Assembly: GCF_018350175.1 (NCBI RefSeq)
Contig: NC_058368.1
Coordinates: 16,122,001 to 16,186,000 of the forward strand
Direction: 5' to 3'
Length of the DNA stretch: 64,000 bases
Origin: Felis catus
Lineage: Eukaryota
The position numbers and the translations under genes were made by a program. Below are positions 1 through 11,048 of this stretch, piece by piece (within the stretch, counting starts at the first letter, position 1; every line of letters begins with the position of its first letter). The notes beneath the pieces are model-generated. The model saw only the letters and a program-made list of their open reading frames with translations. It was not told where the DNA came from and ran no database searches.

Positions 1-451
1 TGATGGATTACATCTGTTGATTTTCAAATGTTGACACAGCCTTGCATACTATACTTGGGATAAATCCCATGTGGCCATGGTGTAATTTTTTTTAATATAT
101 GTTGTTGGATTTGATTTGCTAATATTTTGTTGAGGCTTTTTGCATTTATGTTCGGGAGATATATTGGTTAGTAGTTTACCTTTCCTGTAATGTCTTTACT
201 CTTGGTATTGGGGTAGTGCTGGCCTCATAGAATGAGTTAGGGAGTATTCCCTCTGCTTCTATTTTTTGGAAGAGATTGTAGAGAATTGTTGTAACTTTCT
301 TATTAAATGTTTGGTAGAATTCATCTGTGAGCCCATCAGGGCCTAATGCTTTTTGTTTTGAAATGTTATTAATAATTGATTCAATTTCTTTAATAGATAT
401 GGGCCTATTGAGATTGTCTATTTATTTCTGTGTAAGTTTTGGTAGATTTTT

Positions 452-662
452 GGGGCACCTGGGTGGCTCAGTTGGTTAAGCGTCTGACTTCACTCAGGTC
501 ATGATCTCACAGCTCATGAGTATGAGCCCGCTTAGGGCTCTGGGTTGACAGTTCAAAGCCTGGACCCTGCTTCAGCCTGTGTCTCCCTTTTCTCTGCCCC
601 TCACTGGATTGTGCTCTTTTTCTCTCAAAAATAAATAAACATTAAAACAAATTTATAAAAAA
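452..662 (+). mobile_element. CanSINE (SINEC_Fc-type)
   Basis: ggggcacctgggtggctcag head, CT-rich segment, aataaataaac tail; degenerate TSD ttttggtag. Confidence 0.95.
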
Positions 663-1199
663 TTTTTTTGGTAGTTTTTTTTTCAGGGATTAATCTCTTT
701 CATCTTGGTTATTAAATTGGTGGGTATGAAGTTGTGCATACTGTTCCTTTATTATTCTTTTAATGTCCATAAGATCTCTCATTATGTCCCTTCTTTCTGA
801 TGTTAGTAATTTGTGTTTTCTCTCTGTTTCTGTTAGTTAACCTGGCTAGAGGTTCATCAATTTTATTAGTCTTTCCAAAGAAGTCACTTTTAGTTTTGTT
901 GACCTCCATTGGTTTCTGTTTTCAATCTCATTGATTTCTGCTCTAATTTTTATTATATATTTTCTTCTGCTTACTTTGTATTTAATTAGCTCTTCTTTTT
1001 ATAGCTCATTAATGTAGAAGTTTATGTTATTGATTTTGGATTTTTCTTCTTTTTAATATATGCATTAAATGCTATAAATATCCCTCCAGTCTCTGTTTTT
1101 GCTACATCCCACAAATGTTGATAAGTTCTATTTGCATTTAAATTTAATTCAAAATTTTGTTAAATGTCTCTTGAGACTGCTTATTTGACCACTCTATAG

Positions 1200-1378
1200 T
1201 TTTTTTTTAATTTATTCTAGATATATATAGAGAGACCATGAGGGAGAGAGAGAAACTTAAGCAGACCCCACATTCAGCATGGAGCCTGATGCAGGGCTCG
1301 ACCCCACAACCGTGGGATCATGACCTGAGAAAAAATCAAGAGTTGGATGATCAACCAATTGAGCCACTCAGGATCCCC
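1200..1378 (-). mobile_element. CanSINE (older, short)
   Basis: Antisense head 'gagccactcaggatcccc', 'gatcatgacctgag', poly-T tail. Confidence 0.9.
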
Positions 1379-1989
1379 AACCCATGTGTTATTTAGAAGT
1401 GTGTTGTTTAATCTCCAAGTATTTTGGGATTATCCAACTATCTATATTGACTTGTAGTCTAATTACATTGTTGTCTGAAAGCCAACTTTGGATAACTCCC
1501 ATTCTTTTAAATTTGTTTCACTAAAACTCATTGTGTTTATGACCCAGAATGTGGCTTGTCTTGGTTCCCCTGCTTATTCTGCTATTGTTGGGTGTCACTT
1601 AGATGTCAATTACATCCAGATGATTGATGTTGCTTTTTAGTTCAGCTGTCTTTACAGAATTTTTGCCTGCTGGATCTGTCAGTTACTGAGAGTGTTGAAG
1701 TCTCCAACTAGAAAGTAGATTAATCTTTCTCCTTGAAATTTTATCAGTTTTTATTGATACTGTTTTGTTAGACCATATATATTAAGGATTGTTAATTTTC
1801 TTAGGGAAGTGACCCTGTTATCATTATGTAATTCCTCTCTGTATCCATATAATTTGCCTTGATCTGAGTCTTTTTGTCTACCATTTATATAGATACTCCA
1901 GCTTTCTTTGACTAGTCTTATCATGGTATATATCTCCTCATTCCTTTAGTTTTAATTTATCTGTTGCTTAAAATTTAAAGTAGCCTTCT

Positions 1990-2180
1990 GGGGTGCCTAG
2001 GTGGTTCAGTGGTTAAGCATCCCAGTGGTTAAGTATGGAGCCCTGCATCAGGCTCTGTGCTGACAGTAGGGAGCCTGCTTGGGATACTCCTCCCCCTTTC
2101 GGCCCCTCCCCCAACTCATGCTTTCTTTCTCTCTTTCTGTCTCTCAAAATAAATAAATAAATAAACATTAAAGAAATAAA
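1990..2180 (+). mobile_element. CanSINE, internally rearranged
   Basis: ggggtgcctaggtggttcag head, CT tract, aataaataaac tail. Confidence 0.9.
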
Positions 2181-2187
2181 GTACCCT

Positions 2188-2378
2188 GGGATGCCTGGGT
2201 GACTCAGCCAGTTAAGTGTCTGACTCTTGATTTTGGCCCAGGTCATGATCTCATGGTTCATGAGATTGAGCCCTGCACTGGGCTCTGTGCTGACAGAAGG
2301 ATTTTCTCTCTCTGTCCCTTCTTTGTACTCTCTCTTTCTCTCTCTCAAAATAAATACATAAACATTAAAAATAATAAA
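2188..2378 (+). mobile_element. CanSINE, tandem with the previous copy
   Basis: gggatgcctgggtgactcag head, 'ggtcatgatctcatggttcatgag', A-rich tail. Confidence 0.9.
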
Positions 2379-2591
2379 GTAAGCTTCTTATATGCAACAT
2401 ACAACTGGATCTTTCCTTCTTACTCACTCTGATAATCTGTCTTTTAATTGGTATATTTAGATCATTGACATTTAAAGTGAGTATTGATACAGTTGGAATA
2501 ATCTCTACCATATTTTTTACTGTTTTGTATTTGTTGCATTGGTTTTTGATTCTTTTTTTTTCTTTCACTCTTTTTCTTCATTCTCTGGTTT

Positions 2592-2811
2592 CATTTATTT
2601 TTTTTTTCCAACGCTTATTTATTTTTGGGACAGAGAGAGACAGAGCATGAACGGGGGAGGGGCAGAGAGAGAGGGAGACACAGAATCGGAAACAGGCTCC
2701 AGGCTCTGAGCCATCAGCCCAGAGCCTGACGCGGGGCTTGAATTCCCGGAGCGCGAGATCCTGACCTGGCTGAAGTCGGCCGCTTAACCGACTGCGCCAC
2801 CCAGGCGCCCC
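2592..2811 (-). mobile_element. Young SINEC_Fc
   Basis: CpG-rich near-consensus copy; perfect 13-bp TSD cattctctggttt (2579-2591, 2812-2824). Confidence 0.97.
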
Positions 2812-4614
2812 CATTCTCTGGTTTTAATTGAGCATTTCATATGATTTATTTAATCTCCTCTGTTAGCATATCAAGTTTACTTTAAAAAAATTTTTTTTTA
2901 GTGGTTGCTCTCAAGTTTTCAATATACATTACAACTAATCTCAGTTCACTTACAAATAATACTCTATTGCTTCATGGGTAGTGCAAGTAACTTATGATGG
3001 AGCATTTTCAATTCCTCCTTCCCATCCCTTATAATATCACTGTCCCTGATTTCACTTATCAAAAAGTTGTAAGCACTGAATACATTGTTGCTGTTATTTT
3101 GAAAAAAAAAACCTACTATCGGATCAATTAAAAATAAAGATTTTATTTTGTCTTCATTTACTCCTTTTTGAAGATTCTACTTTTCTTTACATAGGTCTAA
3201 GTTTCTGACTTATCTCACTTTTTTTTCTTTTTGAAGAACATCTTTTGCATGATAGATCTACTGGTGAAAAAAAATATTTCAATTTTTATTTGAGAAAGTC
3301 TTTATTCCTCCTTCACTTTTAAAGAAATTTCACTGAACAGAAAATTTATGTTAGTGGTTTTTCTTTCAACAGTTTAAATATTTCACTTCACTCTTTTCTT
3401 ATTCGTATGAAGAAAAATATGATGTAATTTTATCCCTCAGCTGATTTAAACAGTTTCTCATTGTCTTTGATTTTCTGCAGTTTGAATGTAGTAAACGAAA
3501 ATGTAGGTTTTGTGTTTGGTTGGTTTTGGTTTGGGACTTTTGTTTTGTTTTGTTTGTATTTTGGTTGGTCTTTATCTTTCTTTGTGTTATCTGAGCTTCC
3601 TGAATCAGTGATTTATGTCTGCCATTAATTTTTTAAAATTCTCAGCCATTATTACTTCAAACATTCCCTCTATTCCTTTCTTTTTTTTTCTTCTTCTGAT
3701 ATTCCAATTATGTATATATTGTACCATTAGTAATTGTCCCACACTTATTTGATATTGTGTTCCAATTTTTAAAATTTTTTTCTCTTGGATTTTCAGTTTT
3801 AGAAGTTGCTGTTAACATTTTTTTTTCAAGCACATGGGTTCTTGGTTGAGTGTGTGTATTGATGAGCTAGCTTATCAAAGTCATTCTTCATTTGCATTAT
3901 GGTGTGTTTGATTTTTAGCATTTCCCTTTAATTCATTTTTGGAGTTTTCATCTCTCTGCTTACAGTATCTACCCAATGTTGCATGTTATCTGCTTTTTAT
4001 GGTAGAGTCCCTAGCATGCCAGTTGTAATTGTTTTAAATTTCTAATCTGATAATCTCAACATCTCTATCATATCCAAATCTGATTCTGATGCTTGCTCTG
4101 TCACTTCAAACTGTGTTTTTTGTCTTTTAGTAGGCCTTGTAATTTTTGTGAAAACTGGACATGATGTACCAGGTAAAAGGAGCTGAAGTAAATAGGCCTT
4201 TAGTGTGAAGTTTTCTGCTTATCTGCCTAGGAGTTATGCTGTGTTTATTGCTTGCTATAGCTGTAGGTGTCAGTGGCTAAAATTTCCTCTAATATCCTTG
4301 TTGTTGTTTTCCCTGTTACCTTTGGGTTCTCCTTCAGTAAGGTGCTGTTTTCCATCATAACCCCCTGTTATTATACAGGAGCCCTAACATATGGTAGTGG
4401 GGTGTGAGGGGACAGGGATTGTTTTTATACTTAATGATTAGGCCCTTGCCTCCAGGCTATGACCTAAGCAAGTGCATGTCAGTTTTGTTTTGTTTTGTTT
4501 TTCTTACCCTTAAGTGAAATAACAAGGCTAGATAGGACTGAAGTTGAGTAATTCCCTTCCCCTAGGTCAATTAGGCTCTGATAAAATCCCAGTCTGTTAG
4601 GCTTTGGTAGACAG

Positions 4615-4925
4615 AAGAAGAGAGAGAGAAAGAATGTGGGAATATAAAACAGTTAAATCCTCATCTTTCATTACAGGAAACTGAGAGATAATATCTGAAA
4701 CTGTCAAGTGAAGAAAAAGGTATATAAATCTGTTATTTAGAAATATAGAGACAGATACCAGAAGAAACAGCTAAAGACACCTGAAATTGGTTTCTTTTGG
4801 AGGGATTGGGGACAGTTTGAAAGGGTGTACAAGAGGCTTCCTTTTTTCAGTAGAAACATCATAGTAATTACTTTTCAAATCAACTTTCTTGATAAAAGTG
4901 CAAATACATTTTAAAAGACAATTAA
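4615..4925 (+). mobile_element. Old L1 3' end fragment (L1MC-like)
   Basis: 'ttatttagaaatatagagacagataccagaagaaacagctaaa' resembles the L1MC 3' UTR. Confidence 0.55.
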
Positions 4926-6547
4926 AGAGTGTATGGTTAACCTCTGGTTAACTGAGTTTTTGCTCAGTTTTGTCTGTGTCTCTGGCTGTGGAGCTTGTGT
5001 GATAGTTGATTATTGGCTGGCGTTGGTTTAGTACTCTGCCAATGAAATGCAAGGAGGTAATGTGAAGCGAGTAGACGCCCAAGTTAATTGTGGCGTCGCC
5101 ATCTGCTTTATGTCCGCCATGACAGACACTCGGGACTTTAGTGTTGACTCCCCCCCATGGCTGGTAGCACTGCACACAGAGGGCCCTCAGCTGGCAGCCC
5201 CCCATATGGAAACACCCAGTCTAACCGCTTCATTTTCTGGGGCCTCAGTTTCTTCACCTTTTTACTTCACAGACATGATCTGGAAAACCCACCTCAGCCA
5301 CTTCCACAGAACGCTGTGGTTTAAACGGGGATAAAAAGACACTATTATCTGTATGGCTGGCTCCATCCAGGTGTGAAGTGAAGACTCTGAAGACTTTCCT
5401 TGGAGTAGCATGTGTCCAGATGCTCTTGGGTGGGTGGCGGGATTATACGGAGGAGGGGGACAAGAAAGGAGTGAAGGAAACTGATCTCCCTTCCACATCC
5501 TGGTGTGAAGTTTGAGGAGCCCATCGAACTCAATGCATGAAAATTGCTTTCAATTATTAACTAAGAAAATAACATCCTGCTCTTGTAAGCATAAAAACCT
5601 AACTAAACTACCACTACATAACTCTAATCTGGAGTTTAGGCCTGAAGTCTCTTCTAGGTTAGATGGACCAGCATGTTCAATCAAATTGTCAAACTGCCAC
5701 TTTCCTCAAAAGCATTGGATTTTCCAAAAGGGGCAGTTAACTCACTACCAGGAAGGTCGGAGTGCACATCCTCAATAAGGTCTATTTCTGCCGAGCACAG
5801 AAAATTAAAAGTTGAATGAGACCCACAGCTAAGAGATAGCAAGTTAGGTCAAATCAGAAATGTGGAAAGTAACTATAATTCATGTAGCTGAGCTTCATCA
5901 CTCATCTGTTGAATAAAGAGGCAACTAACTGAACTGTCAAAATGAGCATAAGATGTAGCTGCTCTACTGGCCTCAGATAAGGGAACCGAGGGCTTTTCAG
6001 AGCTCAGTCTTCTTGTTTGTGGATACAGGAGCACACAACGGTGAGCCTTTTTCTTGAAATCAAAAAATGAAAGTGACTAATATTTTATTTTCAATTAGCA
6101 AATGATTAGTATAAATTTTGAACCTAAGTATAACTTTTCGTATTATAAAAACATATTTGAAAAAAGCATATAAGCAAAGAGAAAAAAATCACTAACAAAA
6201 TATGTCTTTTCAGATGTTTTTCTACTCATAAACCAACTTTTATCAAGATATACACGTGATTATACTGTATTTATTAATTTTTACCTAGTTTTTTCACTTT
6301 TGAATGTCAATTCTGTTCTCTAAAAACAAACTTAAAGTGCCGTAAATGAGACACACGCCCAGAATCATCAATATATTTATGACGTTATTTGCCTTGTAAG
6401 CTTCAGAGGGATTTTTCATTAAAAAAAATTCTGTTTTTTTACTTTTTAGAAGGGACCATAGCATTAGCCAAATCTAATACAGAATTTCTTTGTGGTTTGT
6501 AATAAAGCTAAGCTAGGGGTAAGCATAACCTTTTAACCCATCATTTT

Positions 6548-6671
6548 ATTTTATTTTTTATTTTTTATTTTAGAAAGAGAAAGAGTGTGCAAGCAGGCAA
6601 AGGGGCAGAAGGAGAGAGAGAGAGAGAGAGAATCTTTTTTTTAAATGTTTATTTATTTTTGAGAGAGAGAG

Positions 6672-6702
<31 letters not shown>

Positions 6703-7013
6703 CACTGAGCATGAGTGGGGGAAGGGCATAGAGAGAGGGAGACACAGAAGCCGAAGCAGGCTCCAGGCTCTGAGCTGTCAGCACAGAGCCCAATGTGGGG
6801 CTCAAACTTACTAACCGTGAGATCATGGCCTAAGCTGAAGTTGGACACTTAACCAACTGAGCCACCCAGGTGCTCCTGAGAGAGAGAATCTTAAGCAAGC
6901 CTCATGCTCAGTGCAGAGCCCAGTGTGGGGCTTTATCCCACGATGCTGGGATCATGACCTTAGCTGATATCAACGAGTCAGACACTCAACTGACTGAGCC
7001 ACCCGGGTGTCCC
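6548..7013 (-). mobile_element. Older CanSINE (outer element) split by a younger SINE
   Basis: Tail at 6548-6636, head at 6878-7013; degenerate TSD taacccatcatttt / taatctatcatttt. Confidence 0.9.
6637..6877 (-). mobile_element. CanSINE nested inside another CanSINE
   Basis: Full-length antisense copy; TSD gagagagagaatctt (6622-6636, 6878-6892). Confidence 0.95.
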
Positions 7014-7027
7014 TAATCTATCATTTT

Positions 7028-7083
7028 TTTTTAATTTTATTTTTTATTTTTTAAAATTTATATCCAAATTAGTTAGCATATAG
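7028..7083 (-). mobile_element. Ultra-short felid L1 3' end stub
   Basis: 'aaaatttatatccaaattagttagcatatag' is an antisense cat-type L1 terminus; 16-bp TSD cctaRtctatcatttt (7012-7027, 7084-7099). Confidence 0.8.
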
Positions 7084-7555
7084 CCTAGTCTATCATTTTA
7101 AATGTTACAAATTTCCTGAATCATTTGTGATATTTAATTTATGTAAATATGATACAAATAGCCTATTATTTACCCAAATTACAAACCTGATAGAGTCTCT
7201 TTAGTGGAGTCAATTGAGTAATACTATTTTTAATCTGAAAATAAGTTTTACATGTGAATATATTATTAAAAACTTAAAAGATGTTGCTTTCTAGACTCCT
7301 AACTTATGTTTTACTCTGAGTAACATATGATTACTGTATAGATGTCAGCACTAGATGACTGTGTTCTCCAAACACCTATTTCCTAAATATTAGAGACTCT
7401 TGATTGAACATTGTTTTTGTTTGAAGTAAAGAGAAATAACCAGGGCAATGTGTTCTGGAATACAAAAAAGCACATATGAAAATTCTGCCTTTTCTGTTTA
7501 TACAGCTTTCCTTGTAAACCAACTTTAGCTTTGAGGCATGATGTAGATGGGGTTA

Positions 7556-7564
7556 GTGTGTGTG

Positions 7565-7599
<35 letters not shown>
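7556..7599. repeat. (TG)n microsatellite
   Basis: Direct reading; one C interruption. Confidence 0.99.
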
Positions 7600-7760
7600 C
7601 TGAATGAAAAAAAAATAGCTCTTACGTGATACTCTTCTCTAGTTTTCTACTGTTTTCTTTCTCTTTTAAAAACAGGAGCCTTGCTCATTAAAAGGAAGTT
7701 ATTCTTTTATCTTTTTCACTCCAATTACCTCTCCCCTTTGCAGTGATGAATCAGGATCAT

Positions 7761-7828
7761 ATTCATTCATTCATTCATTCATTCATTCATTCATTCAGCA
7801 AATATAGATTGAGGACTATGTGCCAGGT
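7761..7828 (-). mobile_element. (TTCA)n plus L2 3' end
   Basis: attcattcattcagcaaatat...gaggactatgtgccagg is the typical antisense L2 terminus. Confidence 0.75.
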
Positions 7829-8194
7829 GATTCAATGCTTTCTTTGAAATTCAGTGATTTCTTAGAAGAAAAGGAAAAGCAGACAAATAGAAAGACATCA
7901 TTTCAATGCCTACTTTCCTGAGGAGGAAAACAAAGGATTCTTTTATGTGAAAAAATAGTCAAGAAATTGATTATGTGAAAAATATCTTTATTATATTAGT
8001 AGCAGCAAGAAGTAGTTCAAATAAATACTTCTTAAATTAATTGACATTCCAGACTATAAAAACAGTAGGATATATAATACATCAATGCCCTTCAGTCAGT
8101 ATTGCAAACAAAGTTTTGTGTCTGGAATTGTTTATTAATATTAAATATATAAAGGACATGTGTTTGTTTTTACCCAGTTCTTTAAACATTAATA

Positions 8195-8535
8195 TTTTTT
8201 AAAATTCAATAAATTTGATATGTAGTGTTGTATAAATTTAAGGTATACAACATGTTACTTTGGTACATTCATATATGATTGCCAATGTAGTGATATTTAT
8301 CAGATTACATAATTATAGTACAATATTAATTTTTATATTCATTAGTCTGTGCATTAGTTCTCTATGGCTTGTTTAATACTAGTTTGTATCTTTAATCACC
8401 ATCTTACCACTCTTACCTCCCCCATCCCCATCCCCTGGTAACCACCATTTTAACCTTGTTTTTTTTACAGTGTTTAACTTTTTTTAAGATTCCACATGTA
8501 AGTGATATCATACAGTACTTGTCTTTGTCTCTTAG
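8195..8535 (-). mobile_element. L1 3' UTR fragment (L1MA-like)
   Basis: 'tttaaggtatacaacatg', 'ccctggtaaccaccatt', 'agattccacatgtaagtgatatcatacagta'. Confidence 0.85.
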
Positions 8536-8989
8536 TATTTTTTAAAAAGGTTTATCCCTCAGGATGTATTAAGAGGTCATGCATTCCCATACTCTACTGA
8601 AATGCTGTATTGATTTCAGTTGATAAGTTCTGTGACATTTGTCCTAATTCTCAATATTATTAAAAACAAAAGAATAGTGAAGTCAGCAAGTTATCTGAAA
8701 AGATTGCAACTCACAGCACACAATTTCTTTGGATAGTTTTGAATTTCACAACATGGGAACATAGGTCCAGAGGGAGCTGGAAAAGATATTAGCCAACAGA
8801 TGATGGGACATTGTATTTTGGCTCTATGTCGATTTCAAATCATAATGGTAGAAAAGGAAAAAAATGAGATTCATTTCATATATATTAGTGTGAGATGTCA
8901 CGGACACGTGTAATTTTATTTTAAATAACAAATTCCTTTTGCATACTAATGTCTTACCAGAGCTTTTCTCAGAAATGTGAATCATTGCT

Positions 8990-9025
8990 GGTAGTTCCCC
9001 GCGGGGGCGGGTGTGGGGAGTTTCC
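8990..9025. promoter_or_regulatory. Candidate cis-regulatory module: EGR/SP1, KLF and NF-kB motifs
   Basis: GCGGGGGCG (9001-9009), GGGGCGGG, GGGTGTGG (9009-9016) and GGGAGTTTCC (9016-9025) packed into about 30 bp of non-repeat DNA; motif evidence only. Confidence 0.45.
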
Positions 9026-9739
9026 AAGTCTCAGCCTACCTGCAGGGAAGTCAGTAGCCATGTGGTGTTAATAAAACCGGATCCTCCAGTCCTGCCATTG
9101 ACTGACTGTTGGAAGAGTGATGGATAGCAAGTGGGCAGAGGTCTGTTTGCCTTGTGTTAGTACAGCAGGATAAGGATATATGTTCTGGCACTGCTTCTTT
9201 CCCTGAATGTCCTGCCAAGGCATTTCTGTCTGAATCCACTCAGACCAAAGATACTATGTTAGAGAGAGATTTGTTTTCAAAACTAGATTAATCATTGACC
9301 TTTTGACTGAATTTCAGCTCTCTGAATTTCAGAGCTCACAGCTCTGACTGTGGTAGAGAAGCTGTTGAGAGAGGCCTGTGTGGAGGGATTGCCTCTGAGT
9401 CTCCTTTCCACCTTTATCTTCACCTTTGGTCATCTCGTTCTATGAAATCTATTTACCTCTCTGAGAATCAAACAGAATTATGCATGGCATTCAGATAAAA
9501 ATGAAATATTAGCTTTATTATTGCTAAGGCTAGATTAGAAAATGAAGCTTAAATCTGTGGTCAAAATGAGGCTTCCCACAACTTTACCCCAAGTCTGGAT
9601 CTCAGAGTTTACCTGGGAAACCACTGCAGAGCATAACTGTGCAGCAGGATGCAGAGGAAATGGTAGCCTGCTCACACCCCCCAAAAGAGACCTGGGAACA
9701 ATGATATATAAAAAGATAGGGGCCTACTGACCTACCTCA

Positions 9740-10198
9740 CAAAGGAAGGAAATCCTGCCATTTGCAACAACATTGACTGACCTTGAGGGCATTATGCTAA
9801 GCAAGATGAGTCAGATGGAGAAGGACAAATACTGTCTGATCTCACTTATGTGTGGAATCTAAAAACAGAGAGTAAATAGAATGATGATTATCAGGGATTG
9901 GCAGGTGGGAGAACTGGAGAGATGTTGTTAAAAGGTCCAAACTTGCAACCAAAAGGGAAGTTCTGGAGATCCAAGTGCAGCATAGTGATTATAGTCAACA
10001 ACCCGGTATTATATACTTTATCGTTGTGAAAAGACTAGATCTTAAATGTTCTCATCCCCAAAAGGAAATGATAATTACGTGATATGATACAGATGTTAGC
10101 TAAAGCTACTAAGATGGTAATTATATTGCAATTTATGTGTATCAGATTAACATACTATACAATTTAAACTTACTCAATATTATATGTCTTTATATCTC

Positions 10199-10239
<41 letters not shown>
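9740..10239 (+). mobile_element. L1 3' end (L1MA9-like) with 38-nt poly(A)
   Basis: 'aaggaaatcctgccatttgcaacaaca...gagggcattatgctaag...gacaaatactg...ctcacttatgtgtggaatctaaaaa'; A-run 10202-10239. Confidence 0.9.
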
Positions 10240-10241
<2 letters not shown>

Positions 10242-10374
10242 CCCAGGGCTCTGACATGGTGTGTTTATTGTGTGGAGGACTCAGGTGGGAAGAGGTCAAT
10301 GAACTTTTCTATGTGTAAGCCTGTCCCCCAGACTCACTGCTTTTCTTCAATATCACCAAGTGGAAGCCACCTTC

Positions 10375-10376
<2 letters not shown>

Positions 10377-10416
<40 letters not shown>
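10377..10416. repeat. (TG)n microsatellite
   Basis: Direct reading. Confidence 0.99.
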
Positions 10417-10417
<1 letters not shown>

Positions 10418-10549
10418 TGTTTTAGTTTTATGGGTTATTGGTGGACAATGTGGACAGAAGGGGAAAAAATTATACTTCTGTGTTTTATTCTCCCTAATCA
10501 TCGACTTAGTAGGCTTTCAAAATACCTACATTGAATTTATGACCATCCT

Positions 10550-11048
10550 GAATGCACTTAATATTACCCATGAGAGTAAATGTTCTCTTATAAACTTGAT
10601 CATGTCACCTCTCAGTTGCAATTTCCTGACTGGTTTTCCATAGTTGCTTGGATAGAATCACAAATCTTTGCTATCTTGCCATGGCATTCTAGGCCCCTTA
10701 ATATCAGGTCCATGATAAACTATTCAGTATCATTTTTTATCACACTATCTGGGTCAACTTTTGCCTCAAGCTTATCAAACTCTTTGAAATTTCTCAAACA
10801 TCCATATTTTTCCAACCTCTTTGCCTTCACTTTTGCTGTTCCCTTTCCCACAAATACCTTCCCTGACTTTCTTTACCTGCATAGATCTTACTGAATCTTC
10901 AAAACTCAGCTAGGTATAAACTAGCTTTTATCAGACACCTTCCCTGAATTATTGAGCCATATCCACTCTCAAGTTGAATCTTTCATATCTGCATATTCAA
11001 ATTGAATGCAGTGTCTGGCACAAAGACAGCAATCAATAAATATTGACA
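10550..11048 (+). mobile_element. L2 3' fragment
   Basis: 'gatcatgtcacctctc', ends 'gcagtgtctggcaca...caataaatattg'. Confidence 0.7.

Larger units (their letters stand above)
1..4610 (-). mobile_element. Old degenerate L1 (L1M-type) ORF2/ORF1/5' region, interrupted by 5 CanSINEs
   Basis: T-rich + strand with antisense L1 ORF2 motifs (e.g. 'ctggcctcatagaatgagttagggagtattccctc', 'ttggtagaattcatctgtgagcccatcagggcct', 'gtgttgaagtctccaact'); no intact ORF. Confidence 0.85.

Noticed and set aside
2013..2814. ORFs such as 2013-2348 and 2578-2814 (also 6570-6848, 12225-12484, 29579-30299, 30645-30926, 38081-38290)
   Set aside because: They are translations of CanSINE sequence (recurring 'EPGACFRFCVSLSLCPSP', 'GRERGRHRI'), not genes
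4948..5533. Overlapping 62-95 aa ORFs in the CpG-richer patch
   Set aside because: No recognisable protein family; the apparent acceptor near 5270 follows a MIR-core-like 'ggcctcagtttcttcacct'
10137..10643. Longest ORF in the track (168 aa)
   Set aside because: It runs through an L1 tail, poly(A) (poly-Lys) and (TG)n (CVCV); an artefact of low complexity
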